Shown: positions 18,784 to 27,862 of the stretch, in pieces
Position numbering within the stretch: position 1 is the stretch's first letter
Layout of the letters: each line of letters starts with the position of its first letter
Assembly (NCBI GenBank): GCA_002435545.1
Contig: DJNB01000257.1
Coordinates: 1-37,138, forward strand
Source: Lachnoclostridium sp. UBA6475
GTDB taxonomy: Bacteria > Bacillota > Clostridia > Lachnospirales > Lachnospiraceae
DNA length: 37,138 nt
Direction: 5' to 3'
Program-made: the position numbers and the translations under genes
The notes under the pieces: generated by a model
The model's database searches: none
Told to the model about the DNA's origin: nothing
Seen by the model: only the letters and a program-made list of their open reading frames with translations

Positions 18784-20073
18784 AGTGTCGATCAACGTTA
18801 AAATCTGAGGGATCGGCATCAGGCGGTCATCGACTTCTTTTGCGCGGTGATAGCGCAGGATATCGGTGGCAGTCTGCTGCATGGCAGGAAAAGCGCTTCG
18901 CGTCAACTGGTTTGCATAAATGACGATATTCACGCCATGGCTGCAAAGTTCCTCTTCCGTGACGGTGTTGAACGAAGTCGGAACGACAACAAGAGGAGTC
19001 GTCGGATCTGTCTTTCGGAATTCGTCGCAAAAGGAAAAAATTTCCAAAGGATCCTGTTTGCGGCTGTGAATCATAATAGCGTCAGCGCCGGCATCGACAA
19101 ATGCGGCTGCTCTTGCCAGGGCATCCTCTAGTCCCTGCTCCAGAATAAGGCTTTCGATGCGGGCAATAATCATAAAGTCATCGGTCAGCTGCGTCTTTTT
19201 CCCGGCCCGGATCTTTTGGCTGAAATGTTCAATTGAGTCCTGAGTCTGCGGCACATCCGTTCCAAATAAAGAATTCTTTTTTAAGCCTATCTTGTCCTCA
19301 ATGATGATCGCGGATACCCCCATACGTTCCAGTGAACGGACAGTATATACAAAATGTTCGATCTGGCCGCCGGTATCTCCGTCAAATATGATCGGTTTTG
19401 TGGTTACTTCCATGACATCATCTATGGTTCGAAAACGTGAGGTCATATCGACCAGTTCGATATCCGGTTTTCCTTTTGCCATGGAATCACAGAGGGAAGA
19501 AATCCACATCGCATCAAACTGATCCAGTTCCCCTTCGTGCTCGACTACTGTTTTTTCCACGATAAGTCCGGTCAGACCGCTGTGGACTTCAAGTGCTTTG
19601 ACGATCGGACGGATCTGGAGCAGCTGTTTTAAACGTTTTCTCCGAAATTCAGGCATTGCAAGTTTTTCGCGGATCTTGTCGTCGATATGTTTTACATTTT
19701 CATTGTAAGTGTAAGGAACATCAATGATCTGTCCGCCGTAACGTGAGAGCAGACTTTCGACATTTGCACGGATTGCTTTGAGGGGGCCGTAGTTCCAGTT
19801 ATCCCCATGGACGATATAGTCCGGGTGATAAGTTTCTACGATCTCATCGTACATGACATCTTTTTGGATGACAATACGGCTTACACCGGGGAGTGTACGG
19901 ATCAACTCCATTCGCTGTTCAAAAGGAATGGTGGGAAACTGATTGTAACGGATCATTGCCTCATCAGACAGAACGCCTGCAATCACTTCGCCGTATTTTT
20001 GCGCTTCATGTATAATGTTGAGATGCCCTTCGTGGATGACATCCGTTGTAAAACAAGTGTATACAGTTTTCAT
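18778..20073 (-). CDS. pepM: Phosphoenolpyruvate mutase with N-terminal HxGH cytidylyltransferase domain (431 aa)
   Basis: Diagnostic EDKxxxxxNS motif (EDKIGLKKNS), DGDTGG, ARIES, and N-terminal DVIHEGH. ATG at 20073 with GAGGG RBS. Confidence 0.96.
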   Translation of the reverse strand: MKTVYTCFTTDVIHEGHLNIIHEAQKYGEVIAGVLSDEAMIRYNQFPTIPFEQRMELIRTLPGVSRIVIQKDVMYDEIVETYHPDYIVHGDNWNYGPLKAIRANVESLLSRYGGQIIDVPYTYNENVKHIDDKIREKLAMPEFRRKRLKQLLQIRPIVKALEVHSGLTGLIVEKTVVEHEGELDQFDAMWISSLCDSMAKGKPDIELVDMTSRFRTIDDVMEVTTKPIIFDGDTGGQIEHFVYTVRSLERMGVSAIIIEDKIGLKKNSLFGTDVPQTQDSIEHFSQKIRAGKKTQLTDDFMIIARIESLILEQGLEDALARAAAFVDAGADAIMIHSRKQDPLEIFSFCDEFRKTDPTTPLVVVPTSFNTVTEEELCSHGVNIVIYANQLTRSAFPAMQQTATDILRYHRAKEVDDRLMPIPQILTLIDTL

Positions 20074-20116
20074 ACGATTATCCCTCACTTTTCTGATCTG
20101 GTAAACTTCTATAAAA

Positions 20117-20125
20117 AGTATAACA
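20117..20125 (-). promoter_or_regulatory. Putative extended -10 promoter for pepM
   Basis: Minus-strand TGnTATACT ~45 bp upstream of the start. No good -35. Confidence 0.4.
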
Positions 20126-20212
20126 TATTGGAACGTATTTTGGGATATCTTTTTGTAAAAAGATGAAATTTGTCTTTTCTTTTGAAAAGAGGGATAAAAA
20201 CTTCTGGGGCAG

Positions 20213-20241
20213 TTGATTTTTAGGGGGTAAACAGGTATAAT
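20213..20241 (+). promoter_or_regulatory. Sigma-A-type promoter for ATPase-HNH-aminotransferase
   Basis: TTGATT-N17-TATAAT. Confidence 0.7.
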
Positions 20242-20307
20242 GAAAAAGTGGAATTCATGGATTCGGTGGAATAGCCGGCAAAATGGAATAAAAGGAAGGT
20301 GAGCAGG

Positions 20308-21579
20308 ATGTATTTGAAAAAAATTCATATAGAGAATTATAAGGCGATCGAAAAGCTGGATATTGAATTAAAACCGGGAGTGAACTTACTTATTGGGGAT
20401 AATGGAGCAGGAAAGACTTCGATTTTGGAAGCAATTGCAGTAGCTCTTGGAGGAATGTTTGTAAATGTAGCAGGTGTCAGCACGAAAAATATTGTAAAGG
20501 AAGATGTTCGTTTTATAGTAAAACCGCTAGGGGATTCATCTACATCAATCGAATACTGTGAGCCGGTTTCAACAGGGTGTATACTTCATATATCCGATAG
20601 TGAGGAGTTTACTTGGAATAGAATAAAGAAAGAGGTGTCAGCAGCACATACCAAAATTGATAGTAAAGATGTATGTGTATGGATGAAAAAAATGACGAAT
20701 AATTCGGAAACAAGTCTTCCATTGATTAGTTTTCAAAGTGCTGCCAGAGCCTGGCGAGTTAGAAGAGGGGATTTTGGAACAGAATTGAAGAAAAAGCTGG
20801 ATGATAGAAGATGTGGATATATTGGATGTCTGGATTCTTCAATGGATGTAAAGTCTGTTCAACAGTGGTGTCTTAAACAGGAAGTTATGCGTTCCAATAA
20901 AGGTACGGTGCGTGAGTATGAAATGTTTAAGAATATAGTAGCTTCGTTTATGAAAGAAATAAATGAATTGGATGATTTTCCGGTTGTTTATTATTCACCG
21001 CAGTTTGATGAATTGATTTACAAGGATAACAACGCAGAAATGCCGATATCAAAGTTGAGTGCCGGTTATCAATCGTTATTGTGGATGATTATGGATTTGG
21101 CATATCGAGTATGTATGTTAAATCCGGAATTGAATGATAGAGAGCAGATTACGGGAATTGTTTTAATAGATGAAATCGATCTGCATTTGCATCCAAAATG
21201 GCAGTGGAATGTGACGGAGGCGTTACGAAAAACCTTTGAAAATGTTCAATTTATCATTGCGACACATTCCCCTATTGTGATATCGGCATCCAAAGAAGCA
21301 AACCTTGTTCTTTTAGAAAATGAACAGGAGGTAAAATATTTGCCCGATTGTTATGGATACGAAGTGGAAGATGTACTTAAGTTCAGGCAGGAAAGTAGAT
21401 CAAGACCAAAGATTGTAAAAGAGTTAGTTGATCAGATAGAGACTGCTATAGATGATATGGAGTTTAAAACAGCTTCTGATGTATTAGAAAAACTGAAAGT
21501 TGTATTAGGAGAGGATAATTCAGAGTATAAGAAGATGGCCGGCATGGTGGAAGATGCCAGGCTGATAGAGGAGTGTTGA
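20308..21579 (+). CDS. ABC/SMC-type AAA ATPase, PtuA-like (Septu/retron-effector type)
   Basis: Walker A GDNGAGKT, signature LSAGYQ, Walker B VLIDEID, LHLHPKWQ, H-loop ATHSP. No membrane partner. Alternative GTG start at 20299. Confidence 0.85.
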   Translation: MYLKKIHIENYKAIEKLDIELKPGVNLLIGDNGAGKTSILEAIAVALGGMFVNVAGVSTKNIVKEDVRFIVKPLGDSSTSIEYCEPVSTGCILHISDSEEFTWNRIKKEVSAAHTKIDSKDVCVWMKKMTNNSETSLPLISFQSAARAWRVRRGDFGTELKKKLDDRRCGYIGCLDSSMDVKSVQQWCLKQEVMRSNKGTVREYEMFKNIVASFMKEINELDDFPVVYYSPQFDELIYKDNNAEMPISKLSAGYQSLLWMIMDLAYRVCMLNPELNDREQITGIVLIDEIDLHLHPKWQWNVTEALRKTFENVQFIIATHSPIVISASKEANLVLLENEQEVKYLPDCYGYEVEDVLKFRQESRSRPKIVKELVDQIETAIDDMEFKTASDVLEKLKVVLGEDNSEYKKMAGMVEDARLIEEC

Positions 21580-21580
21580 T

Positions 21581-22324
21581 ATGCTGTATATTGTCAAAGA
21601 AGGGTTGCCAAATGATGTTAATAGAAAGATTATAGAACTTCGGAAAAGCGAGGAATGGAAAAGTATCAAAGAGGGTGATACAGAGGCAATTCGCCGGGTA
21701 TTTGATACAAATTTCCCCAAAAATGATGTGAAAGAAATATTATTGAGGGAACAGCACGGAATTTGTGCCTATTGTATGAGACGAATTTGTATGGATAGTC
21801 ATTCCAGAGTAGAGCACCTTATGCCATTAAGCAAGAATAAGGATAAAGCTATTGATTATATGAATATGCTTGGCGTATGTGATGGTGGAGAGAAGGCGAT
21901 AGACAATCAAGGGCGTATCCTTTGTTGTGATGCTCATAAAAAACAAACAGAAATTGAATTAAGTCCACTTAATAAGATGCAAATGGATAAAATAGCTTAT
22001 GACAAAGAGGGAAGGATATTTACAAAACCAAGAGATGAGGCTATGGAAAGAGATATGAATGAGGTTTTGTTATTGAATGGAATTCAAAAGAAGGATGGAA
22101 CTGTAAGAGATACATCAACAGAATTATTAAAAGGCAGAAGAGATGCATATGACAGAGCGAGACGAATGATGGAGACATTAAATAAAAAAGGAAAGTGTAC
22201 ATCTGTTGTAATAAAGAAATTGATGGAAAAATTATATGATAGTGTTGAACGAGAAGAATATGTTGGAGTAAAGTTGTATTATTTCAGAAAAAAATATAAT
22301 TCCCTGCGTGCAAGAGGAATGTAA
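21581..22324 (+). CDS. HNH endonuclease, PtuB/TIGR02646-like
   Basis: LLREQHGICAYCM..RVEHLMPLS..DYMNMLGVC..CCDAHK; starts 1 nt after the ATPase stop. Confidence 0.82.
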   Translation: MLYIVKEGLPNDVNRKIIELRKSEEWKSIKEGDTEAIRRVFDTNFPKNDVKEILLREQHGICAYCMRRICMDSHSRVEHLMPLSKNKDKAIDYMNMLGVCDGGEKAIDNQGRILCCDAHKKQTEIELSPLNKMQMDKIAYDKEGRIFTKPRDEAMERDMNEVLLLNGIQKKDGTVRDTSTELLKGRRDAYDRARRMMETLNKKGKCTSVVIKKLMEKLYDSVEREEYVGVKLYYFRKKYNSLRARGM

Positions 22325-22354
22325 TATATAGAATCGATGGGAGGACTGATCTTC

Positions 22355-23482
22355 ATGACGATAAAGCGAAATATTCTGTTAAATCCCGGACCATCCACCA
22401 CGACCGATACGGTGAAGATGGCGCAGGTGGTTCCGGATATCTGTCCGCGAGAGGAAGAATTTGGAAATATCATGAAAGAAATGCGGAGTGATCTTGTACG
22501 GATCGTACATGGAGATCCACAAGAGTATACCGCCGTTCTTTTCTGTGGATCGGGGACGATCAATATTGATGTGTGCCTGAATTCACTCCTGCCGGCGGGG
22601 AAGAAAATACTGGTTGTGAACAATGGTGCTTACAGCGCAAGGGCAGTAGAAATCTGTGAAGCCTATGGACTGGATGTCATGGATCTGCAGTTTTCGCCGG
22701 AGATGCTTCCGGATCTGGAACTTGTGGAGAAGACATTGCGGGAAAACCCGGAAATTGCGCTTGTACATACAACACACAATGAAACAGGCACCGGTATCCT
22801 CAATCCAATCCGGGAGATTGGAGCTTTGGCACATAAGTATAATGCGGTATTTACGTTGGATACGACATCTACCTATGCGATGCGACCGATTCATGTGCAG
22901 GAGGATAATATTGATTTTTGCATGGCTTCCGCCCAAAAAGGCTTGATGTCGATGACGGGACTTTCTTTTATCGTGGGACGAAAAGATATCATCGCAAAGT
23001 CCGCTGCCTATCCAAAGAGGTCGTATTACTGTAACCTGTTTCTGCAATATGACTTTTTTGAGAAGACCGGGCAGATGCACTTTACACCGCCGGTACAGAC
23101 AATTTATGCGACGAGACAGGCGCTCAAAGAATATTTTGCAGAGGGCGAAGAAAATAAATGGAAACGCCATACGAGAGTATTTGAAGCCATTCATAAGGGG
23201 CTGGAGCAGCTTGGCTTTCAGGATGTGATCAAACGGGAATGGCAGGCAGGCCTGGTTGTCTGTGTACGCTACCCGGATGACAAAAATTGGAATTTTAATA
23301 AAATTCACGATTATTGTTTTGAACGGGGATTTACAATCTATCCGGGAAAGATTTCCGATATGGATACGTTCCGGCTGTGTGCCCTCGGTGCCATTGACCA
23401 AAAGGACATTGAGGATTTCTTTGTTGTGCTGGAAGAGGCGCTGAGGTATTATGAGGTGGCGGTTCCGGTGAGGTATGAGTAG
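22355..23482 (+). CDS. phnW: 2-aminoethylphosphonate aminotransferase (class V PLP; AepZ/PhnW family)
   Basis: LLNPGP, GSGT, NNGAYS, HNETGTGILNP, SAQKG (PLP lysine), FTPP, GFTIYPGK. GGAGG RBS before ATG 22355. Confidence 0.92.
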   Translation: MTIKRNILLNPGPSTTTDTVKMAQVVPDICPREEEFGNIMKEMRSDLVRIVHGDPQEYTAVLFCGSGTINIDVCLNSLLPAGKKILVVNNGAYSARAVEICEAYGLDVMDLQFSPEMLPDLELVEKTLRENPEIALVHTTHNETGTGILNPIREIGALAHKYNAVFTLDTTSTYAMRPIHVQEDNIDFCMASAQKGLMSMTGLSFIVGRKDIIAKSAAYPKRSYYCNLFLQYDFFEKTGQMHFTPPVQTIYATRQALKEYFAEGEENKWKRHTRVFEAIHKGLEQLGFQDVIKREWQAGLVVCVRYPDDKNWNFNKIHDYCFERGFTIYPGKISDMDTFRLCALGAIDQKDIEDFFVVLEEALRYYEVAVPVRYE

Positions 23483-23518
23483 AGAAAAGATAACCTTAAA
23501 AATTACAATCCCCCCTCT

Positions 23519-23545
23519 TAATATTTAGGGCAAATTGTCCGATAT
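23519..23545 (+). promoter_or_regulatory. Sigma-28-type promoter upstream of the ACP/KAS III module
   Basis: TAAT-N15-TCCGATAT. The run CCGATATATATTAT is identical to that of the flagellin promoter. Confidence 0.75.
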
Positions 23546-23592
23546 ATATTATAGTGCAAGGATAGCATGAGAAATTGCAAGGAGGCAAAACA

Positions 23593-23640
23593 ATGTTTGA
23601 ACAACAAAGAGATTATAAAGGTATTCTTTATTTTATATGA
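23593..23640 (+). CDS. 15-aa micro-ORF (MFEQQRDYKGILYFI): leader peptide or remnant of a replaced gene
   Basis: Strong AAGGAGG RBS 7 nt before ATG 23593, TGA at 23638-23640. Directly follows the sigma-28 promoter. Confidence 0.4.
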   Translation: MFEQQRDYKGILYFI

Positions 23641-23715
23641 AGGTTATGTTTGAATAAAAGTGAGGACATAGCCTTTTTGTCGTAGACAGAATGGCTTTAG
23701 AAAGAGAAAAGCGAC

Positions 23716-24711
23716 ATGATTCAGATAAGACGAGCAGTTTATGAAGATATACCAAACATCATGAAATTCATGGACGAGCACTGGAAACCAGGTAATATAC
23801 TTGCGAAAGACCGTGACTTTTTTGAATGGCAGTTTTGGGAAGATGGAAAAGTAAATATGTTTATTGGAATTGATGATGAAACGGATAAGATTTATGGAAT
23901 GCTTGGTACAATTTTGTACAATAAGAGTGAAAATCCAGATATATCCGGGTGTACCTGGCAGACAATTAAAAGTGAAAATCCGTTGCTTGGAACAGATCTG
24001 CAGGATGTTATGTGGCAGGAAATTCATCCACGATATAATTGCTCCATTGGATTAACGAAGAAAGCAGTGGAAATTAATAGAGTAATGTATGGATTACGTC
24101 CCATAGTGATGCAGCATTACTATCGACTCGCAGATCGAATGGAATATAAAATTGCAAAAGTAATTGATAAGATTATATCGCGAGCAGAGAACACAGGATA
24201 TCGCTTAGAACCAGTTTACACTGTGGAAGAAATGAAGCAGACAATTTCAGAAGAAGAACTGAGGACAGGAGTTTTAAGTAAAGATTATTGTTATATTAAC
24301 AGACGATATTTTGAACATCCGGTATATAAGTACGAAGTTTGGAAGATTATTGATGAAAAAGAAAATTCAAAGTCCATTCTGATTACCAGAGAGGAAACTG
24401 CGAATGGTAGTAAGATGTGTAAAATCATTGATTTCTACGGCGATTTGCAGGATCTTGGAAAAATCGCACATGCTTTAGACCGATTGATGGATATAAGACA
24501 ATATGAATATATGGATGTTTATTCATATGGTGTGCCAACAGAGGTATATGAAAGAGGTGGCTTTATATGCTGTGATGAAAATAGTGTTAATATTGTTCCA
24601 AACTACTTTCATCCTTTTGTGCAGCAAAATATTGATTTGCGTATGATGGAGCCGACTCAGAAAGGCGTCAAGATGTTTCGCGGTGATGGAGATCAAGATC
24701 GACCTTGCTGA
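23716..24711 (+). CDS. Hypothetical protein with GNAT-like N-terminus (331 aa)
   Basis: MIQIRRAVYEDIPNIMKF start is typical of GNATs; C-terminal FRGDGDQDRP. Function not assignable. Confidence 0.55.
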   Translation: MIQIRRAVYEDIPNIMKFMDEHWKPGNILAKDRDFFEWQFWEDGKVNMFIGIDDETDKIYGMLGTILYNKSENPDISGCTWQTIKSENPLLGTDLQDVMWQEIHPRYNCSIGLTKKAVEINRVMYGLRPIVMQHYYRLADRMEYKIAKVIDKIISRAENTGYRLEPVYTVEEMKQTISEEELRTGVLSKDYCYINRRYFEHPVYKYEVWKIIDEKENSKSILITREETANGSKMCKIIDFYGDLQDLGKIAHALDRLMDIRQYEYMDVYSYGVPTEVYERGGFICCDENSVNIVPNYFHPFVQQNIDLRMMEPTQKGVKMFRGDGDQDRPC

Positions 24712-24744
24712 TTTTTGAAAAACAGGTATACTGATAAATTATAG

Positions 24745-24773
24745 TTGAAAAGATGTCAATATTTATATAAGAT
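24745..24773 (+). promoter_or_regulatory. Possible internal sigma-A promoter
   Basis: TTGAAA-N17-TAAGAT in an AT-rich spacer; could be chance. Confidence 0.3.
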
Positions 24774-24831
24774 ATAAGTATTGTAACTTACAATAGAATA
24801 GAAAATAAATATATTTTTGGAGGTAAATAAA

Positions 24832-25050
24832 ATGACTTTACAGGAAAAACTTGAATTTTTGGAAGATATTATGGATGTTGAAGATGCATTGTCTGAGGAT
24901 ATGCTTTTGGAAAATATTGAAGAATGGGATTCTTTGAGTGTATTACTTTTAATTACTCAAATGAAGAAAGAATTTGGAATTATCATTTCAACATCAGATA
25001 TTAAAGGATTTAAGACGGTTTCAGATATCTGTCAATGTATTCCGGATTAA
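24832..25050 (+). CDS. Acyl carrier protein 1
   Basis: Acidic 72-aa protein with the WDSL phosphopantetheine motif; GGAGGT RBS. Confidence 0.88.
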   Translation: MTLQEKLEFLEDIMDVEDALSEDMLLENIEEWDSLSVLLLITQMKKEFGIIISTSDIKGFKTVSDICQCIPD

Positions 25051-25107
25051 GGATGAGATGCAAAAAATTGAAATTAGGGAACCAGTTTGTGAAGATGGAG
25101 ATATAAT

Positions 25108-26127
25108 ATGTTAGGCCAATTTTCGAATGTTAAAATTCAAGGTATTGCATCAGCAGTTCCTAAGAGAGTGGAAGACAATAGTCAATTTGAGCCGATTTTG
25201 GGAAAAAGAAGAACGCAAAAACAGATACGCATAACAGGTGTTGAAAGACGTCATGTATCAGAAGAACCCCAGCAGGTATCAGATTTGATGTATGTTGCTG
25301 CAGACAGATTATTGAATCAATTGAAATGGAAAAGAAATCAGATAAAAGTGCTGGTATGTGTGACACAAAGTCCAAATTTTTTGATTCCGTCAACGGCGTT
25401 CTTTATGCAAAAAAGATTGCAGCTAGCAGAAGATTGTATGTGCTTTGATGTCAATTTGGGATGCTCAGGAGCTTGTTCTGGGATACAGATTGCGTCATCT
25501 TTGCTGCAAGCATGTGATAGTGGAGAAAAGGCACTGGTATTAGTAGGTGAGCTTTCTTATTCGACCTGCTATAATGAGGGTATGCCGTTGAGTGATCTGG
25601 CGAATAAAATGCTTTTTGGAGCTGGAGCTGCGGCAATTGGGTTAGAAAAAGCAGAGGATGTGACAATGAAGTTTATGACAAAATCCGATGGAGATCGTTA
25701 TAATACAATTATTCGTTATTTTAATCAAGAAATTGAAATAGATGGCGGAGCTGTGCTGGAATTCTCCATAAATAAAGTTACTAAAGACTTATGTAAGTTT
25801 AAAGAGTATTTTAATATTCAAGAAAAAGATATAGATTATTACGTATTTCACCAGGCGCAAAAATTGATTTTAGACAGTATTTGTGATGAATGTGGAATAC
25901 AAGAAGAAAAAGAACTTAGAAGCCTAAATGAGTATGGTAATACATCGAGTGCTTCGATATTGTTGTCGATATGTGCCAATATTGAGTTGTTTAAAGACAA
26001 GAAAGAGCTAAAGATGTTATTGTGTGGATTTGGAGTAGGCTTGGCTTGGTCAATGATCTATACAAAAATACCAACACAAAATATCTTGCCAATAATTGAG
26101 ACAGATGTGCATTATTGTGAAGAATAG
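25108..26127 (+). CDS. Ketoacyl-ACP synthase III-like protein 1 (FabH family)
   Basis: Cys-His-Asn triad: DVNLGCSG, VFHQAQ, YGNTSSAS; also GFGVGLAW. Confidence 0.92.
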   Translation: MLGQFSNVKIQGIASAVPKRVEDNSQFEPILGKRRTQKQIRITGVERRHVSEEPQQVSDLMYVAADRLLNQLKWKRNQIKVLVCVTQSPNFLIPSTAFFMQKRLQLAEDCMCFDVNLGCSGACSGIQIASSLLQACDSGEKALVLVGELSYSTCYNEGMPLSDLANKMLFGAGAAAIGLEKAEDVTMKFMTKSDGDRYNTIIRYFNQEIEIDGGAVLEFSINKVTKDLCKFKEYFNIQEKDIDYYVFHQAQKLILDSICDECGIQEEKELRSLNEYGNTSSASILLSICANIELFKDKKELKMLLCGFGVGLAWSMIYTKIPTQNILPIIETDVHYCEE

Positions 26128-26142
26128 GAGAAGTGGAATATT

Positions 26143-26868
26143 ATGAAGTATTATCTGGTTACAGGTGCTTCTTCCGGAATCGGCAGACAGGTAGCAAAAG
26201 AATTATCGAACAATGAAACAACGTTAATTCTCGTGGCGCGCAGAAAAGAAAAACTGGAAGAATTACAATGTGAATTGAACGGAGATAGTATTGTGATTCC
26301 GTGTGATTTATGCAAACAGGAAGATATCGAGCATGTATTTGAGGTCTTGCAGAATAAAAAAATTAAGTTGAGTGGGATGGTTTATTGTGCGGGAATTTGT
26401 ACCATTACCCCAATTAAAGCAATGGATATGGAAGCATTAAAAGATATGTTTCAGATTAATGTATTTGCATTTTATCAGATGTGTAAATGTTTTGCACAGC
26501 GTAGTGTTTCTGAAAAAGGAAGTGTTATCGTTGGAGTTTCTTCCTATGCTGCAGTCACACGAGAAGCAGGGATGTCTGCGTATGCAATGACTAAGGAAGC
26601 TATGAATGTTCAGGTTCAAGTATTGGCGAAAGAGTTCTTAAAAAGAAAGATAACAATCAATACAGTGATGCCGGCTAATGTAAAGTCTAAGATGGCTTGC
26701 GAATGCAATGATTGGACAGAGGAAGAAATTGGAAATGTGGAGAGCAGACAACCGTTGGGAATTATTCCTATTGAAACGGTGGTAAATACAATTTTGTTTT
26801 TGATGTCGGAGGCTGGAAAGTATATTACAGGAGAAAACCTCGCTATAAGTGCAGGTTATCAAATATAA
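26143..26868 (+). CDS. SDR oxidoreductase 1 (FabG-like)
   Basis: TGASSGIG, YxxxK (YAMTK), YITGE. Confidence 0.92.
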   Translation: MKYYLVTGASSGIGRQVAKELSNNETTLILVARRKEKLEELQCELNGDSIVIPCDLCKQEDIEHVFEVLQNKKIKLSGMVYCAGICTITPIKAMDMEALKDMFQINVFAFYQMCKCFAQRSVSEKGSVIVGVSSYAAVTREAGMSAYAMTKEAMNVQVQVLAKEFLKRKITINTVMPANVKSKMACECNDWTEEEIGNVESRQPLGIIPIETVVNTILFLMSEAGKYITGENLAISAGYQI

Positions 26869-26885
26869 AAAGAATGGAGAAATGA

Positions 26886-27107
26886 ATGATGACAAGAGAA
26901 GAAAAATTACAAAATATTGCAGAAAGCTTGGATATGGAATTGGAAGAGATAAGTGAAGAGCATGAATTGGCGGATTACGAAAACTGGGATTCTATTGCAG
27001 TCTTGTCTATTATTGCTGTTATTAATGAGAAATTTGACAGGTATCCGCATGCCAATGATATATTAAAGTGTAAGACAGTAAAAGACTTGATGCAATTGAT
27101 GGAGTAG
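26886..27107 (+). CDS. Acyl carrier protein 2
   Basis: Acidic 73-aa protein with the WDSIA motif and KTVKDL. Confidence 0.88.
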   Translation: MMTREEKLQNIAESLDMELEEISEEHELADYENWDSIAVLSIIAVINEKFDRYPHANDILKCKTVKDLMQLME

Positions 27108-27115
27108 ATTTAAAA

Positions 27116-27862
27116 ATGATGAATCATAAAAATTATATGGTTACGGGTGCTTCATCGGGTGTTGGAAGGGCGCTGGCAATAGAAATAAGTAAGAGAGGCG
27201 GATGTGTTGTTCTTGTGGCCAGAAGAGAAGAAAAATTGCGTGAAACGTTAAAACAGATGAAAAACCCAGAGAAACATATCTGTATTCCTTTTGATTTGAC
27301 TTGTTTTGATGAATATAGAAGTTTATTTGCTCAAATCAGAGCAAAGGGAATAGTATTGGATGGTTTGGTGCATTGCGCAGGGGTTGCTCCTATTACGCCG
27401 TTACGTGCAATCAGTTATAAAAGTATGAGCCGGATTTTTGATATTCACTATTTTGCTTTTATGGAATTGGTAAAATTCTATGCGAAAAAAGGTGTGTCAA
27501 ATGGAGGAAGCATTGTGGCAGTTTCCAGCACGGTAATAGAACATCCATTGAAATGTATGACTGTATATGCCTCAGCAAAAGCGGCAGTAGAAGCAGCTTG
27601 CAAAAATTTAGCTATTGAGTTATATGATAAAAGCATTCGCATTAATACTGTTGTTTTGGGAGGTGTAAATACAGAAATGACACAGAATACAGAGGATGTC
27701 ATCGCTAATGACGCGATAAGCAGAGATGACTGGTCAAGTGTCAGACATTTAATGCCTATTCCAGAAGCCAAAGAAGTAGTGGGACCAATTTTGTTTTTAC
27801 TGGGAGAAGATGCAAGATATATAACAGGCAGAAAAATAAATGTAGATGGAGGAATGCTGTGA
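27116..27862 (+). CDS. SDR oxidoreductase 2 (FabG-like)
   Basis: TGASSGVG, YASAK, IRINTV, YITGRKINVDGG. Confidence 0.92.
   Translation: MMNHKNYMVTGASSGVGRALAIEISKRGGCVVLVARREEKLRETLKQMKNPEKHICIPFDLTCFDEYRSLFAQIRAKGIVLDGLVHCAGVAPITPLRAISYKSMSRIFDIHYFAFMELVKFYAKKGVSNGGSIVAVSSTVIEHPLKCMTVYASAKAAVEAACKNLAIELYDKSIRINTVVLGGVNTEMTQNTEDVIANDAISRDDWSSVRHLMPIPEAKEVVGPILFLLGEDARYITGRKINVDGGML

Noticed and set aside
20074..20328. 85-aa N-terminal extension of PepM, or a retron msr/msd RNA upstream of the ATPase
   Set aside because: The extension spans the divergent promoter region and overlaps the ATPase start. There is no reverse transcriptase and no convincing long flanking inverted repeat.
22355..23482. 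AEP catabolism (phnWX)
   Set aside because: No phosphonatase or phosphonate transporter is present; co-occurrence with pepM and aepY indicates biosynthesis.
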